A stretch of DNA of 63,363 nt, the filler included, from Olpidium bornovanus S191 (taxonomy: Eukaryota; Fungi; Olpidiomycota), in NCBI GenBank assembly GCA_017911155.1. It is 21 parts of 21 records of this genome, joined end to end, with 100 filler letters (N's around TTAATTAATTAA, not from the genome) between each part and the next. Parts side by side here need not be neighbours in the genome. Positions count along the whole stretch, not along the records: positions 60,905 to 63,363 come from JAEFCI010009185.1; 20 more parts are not named here. One strand, given 5' to 3'. This document shows positions 60,905-63,363 of the stretch, in pieces. The position numbers were made by a program, and so were the translations under genes. The notes below the pieces were generated by a model that did no database searches, was not told where the DNA came from, and saw only the letters and a program-made list of their open reading frames with translations. Position 1 is the stretch's first letter, and the number at the start of each line of letters is the position of its first letter.

Positions 60905-61782
60905 ATCAGAATGTCGTCGACCCATGTCAACACCCAGGCGAGTTTGGCCCCACGTCGAACATATGCCCCAGCATCCGATCGCAAATGACAAAACCCCATC
61001 CCTTCCAAAATGCTTTTCAGACGGTCGGACCACGCTCTTCCCGCTTGTTTCAAACCGTAGATGGGACGCCGAAGACGCAGCGCAGTTCCCTGTCCGGATG
61101 TAGTGTATCCAGGCGGGATGTCCATGTACAGTTCTTCTTTCAGGTCGCTGTTCAGGTATGCCGTCTCAACGTCCACCGCCGCCAGTTCCAAGTCATGCTG
61201 CGCTGCGAGAGCAAGACACACGCGCAGGGTAGCGAGACGCGTAACAGGAGCGTATGTTTCAAAAAAATCCACACCAGGAACCTGAGTGAACCCACGAGCG
61301 ACAAGTCTGGCCTTATGCTTCTTGAAGCTCCCCCTCTGCGAGCTCCTCCCCTCCTTCTGCGCGGTAGCGGCGCCAACGGATGGCGCGCGGCTCGACTTGG
61401 TCCTCAACAACGGCGCCAACGGATGGCGCGCGTCTTCTCTTTTTGCTCTCCTTCCGCGCGCGCGACGACGCCAACGGATGGCGCCCGGCTCGACTCGGTC
61501 CTCAGCGGCGGCGCCAACGGATGGCGCGCCGCTTCTCTTTCTGCTCTTTCTTTGGAGGACGATGGAGCGGACAGGGGAAGGTCGGGAGATCACGGGCAGG
61601 GCGCCCTTGGGTTCAGGCTCACGGGCAGGGTGCCCTTGGGCTCATAACCTGTTGTAGAACCGCGTTGTTTTATTGTGGACGAGAGTGGAGGGGAAAGGAA
61701 AAGTGGCGGAGAAGTACAGTTCGACTAATGGGTGAACTACGGGGCAACGCAACACAACAGAGCGCACGCATCTGTACGAACA
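60905..61782 (-). mobile_element. LTR retroelement D: 133-bp LTR (61650-61782), PBS (61637-61649), short repetitive leader fused to a copia RT
   Basis: LTR TGTT...AACA with AATAAA; GGTTATGAGCCCA; RT motifs KARLVARGF, FETYAPV, DVETAYLN, YGLKQA, WVDDIL. Confidence 0.9.
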
Positions 61783-63363
61783 AAAGGCCGCCACGGCTGG
61801 AGGGGCTGGTGTGGGACCGAGTGGAAACGACCGCTTCGGCGGTGCCCGCGGCGGCAGGGGGTCAACCAACGCGTTTCCCTCGGCCTCCCCAGCCAATCCG
61901 AATGGTTTTGTGAGTTCAACAGCGCCGCAAGGCACGCCTTTTGCTCCACCGTTTCCTCTGAACTCGGTACCTCAGAGGTCTCTTTCCGCAGCTTCTAGGC
62001 TTTCCCCGCCAGGCTTTGTACCCCTGGTGTCGGAGTTCGTCGCGACGCCGTACCATACTTCTTTCAACACACCGTACAACGCGGGACTGCATAACAACAT
62101 GCAGTACCGGCAGGAGCAGTTTATGCCCCCGTACGAGAGCGCCATGCACGCATACCCAGGCGCCATGCTGGCGTACTCAGGACCCATGCCGCCATGGCCG
62201 GTCCCGATGCCGGGACTCACTTCCCGCCCTCTGGATGCGATGCATGAGACGCATGAAGCAGAGCTTCCGCCCGGCGGACATTCACCCCCGCCAAGGCCGC
62301 CGTCGTCTCCGGGATCCAAGTCGTTTTTCCCTGCGCCATCCGACGACGATCATCACTCCCGTCGGTCACATCATTCGCAACGGTCTCCCCGCTCGCTTCG
62401 TTCATCAAGGTCGCATCGCTCGCATCGGTCGCATCACTCACATCACTCGCATCGCTCTCGTCGGCTTCGATCGCCGTCGAGCAGCAGCAGCGACAGTTCG
62501 GACTCCAGCTCCGACTCCGATTCGGACCGCGACAATGACAACGCGAAGCGCTCGAAGACAAAGAAGAAGACGAGGCAATCTGCCAAGGGACCCACGCGCG
62601 AAGAGCGAGAGTTGGTCAAGGCAATGGCCGCAAATACCGTCGACAGGTCGGATATTCCAAAAATGCCCGAATAGTGCCTAATTGGTGCCTTCAAACCTAC
62701 AGGCTGATCGCGTTTTGAGCTCGAAGCTCCAAAATTGCCTCCCGTTTCAATGGTGTACAGTCAACGACCGGTATAGAGGTCGGAGGGTCTAAAAACCTGT
62801 CGACGGTACCCAAGTACGACGGGAAACGTGATGCCGCGGCCCTTCGTACATACATCCGCCGTCACAACGAGTATTTCTCGTTTGTCCAGGACAGGGTCGG
62901 TGACCGTATGCAAGCCGCCTTCGCCGTGCAGCACCTTATCAAAGACGCAGCGGATTTCTGGAACCATCTTCAGGAGTCACCGGATGAGAAGTGTGGCACC
63001 TGGCAGGAACTCCAGGACCATCTTTGTCGTCGCTTTCTGCCAAAGGACTTTGAGAAGCGCACATTCGAAGACCTCTGGCTTATTCGGCTGAAGGATTACG
63101 ACTCCGTCTTTGACTAGAATATGGCCTTCAACCGCGTCGCCAACCTTCTCTTCACCACTCCGAGATTGATGATCCTGGATCGCTACATCCAGAACCTTGC
63201 CAAGGGCGGTTCCGCCCGTGAGCAACGCATCCAGGACCTCGTCATGGCGCATCCGTCGTATGAAGATTCCCTCACCAAAGCGCAAGAGATTGCCTTGGAG
63301 AAGGACATCCGGCCGCGCTCGAAGAAGGAAGCTAGGCCGCTGCACGTAAGGCCGACGGTGAAG
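61783..63363 (+). pseudogene. Ty3/gypsy-type gag remnant (P/S/H-rich N-terminal region plus capsid), frameshifted, with stops
   Basis: VPKYDGKRDAAALRTYIRRHNEYF...AADFW...TWQELQDHLCRRFLP from about 62800. The upstream frame is open back to the LTR of element D. Confidence 0.85.

Overview
Eukaryotic, intron-rich, GC-rich genomic DNA, almost certainly fungal. By inference it is an early-diverging (non-Dikarya) lineage, because fungal-type Fzo1, trehalose phosphorylase and class I myosin occur together with SMN, a CHERP-like SR protein and a 4-hydroxybutyrate-CoA-transferase-type enzyme. The window is NOT one chromosomal region. It is 21 short contigs joined by 20 artificial 100-bp spacers (44 N + TTAATTAATTAA + 44 N), so adjacency across spacers means nothing and most genes are partial. 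Recognisable host genes: SMN, GT4 trehalose phosphorylase/synthase, a DHHC palmitoyltransferase, UPF2, a family-I CoA-transferase, RPL5 (hosting an snR60/SNORD80-like double-guide C/D snoRNA in intron 2), tRNA-Ser(UGA), EXO5, myosin I, neutral trehalase, a Clr4/SUV39 H3K9 methyltransferase, a CHERP-like protein, Fpg glycosylase, HAP3/NF-YB and FZO1. The rest is largely decayed Ty3/gypsy and Ty1/copia sequence. The most interesting signal is five short-LTR retroelement 5' ends that all use the half-tRNA-iMet (Hemivirus/copia/Ty5-type) primer-binding site GGTTATG(A/G)GCC(C). Four of them have GC-rich repetitive leaders and sit in or against other retroelements. One leads straight into a gypsy-type gag and another into a copia RT. 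Also notable are a sharply bounded 0.4-kb AT/TpA-rich island with a RIP-like signature and a strong excess of CATG at contig ends (probably technical). All assignments come from motif recognition by eye; no database search was run.
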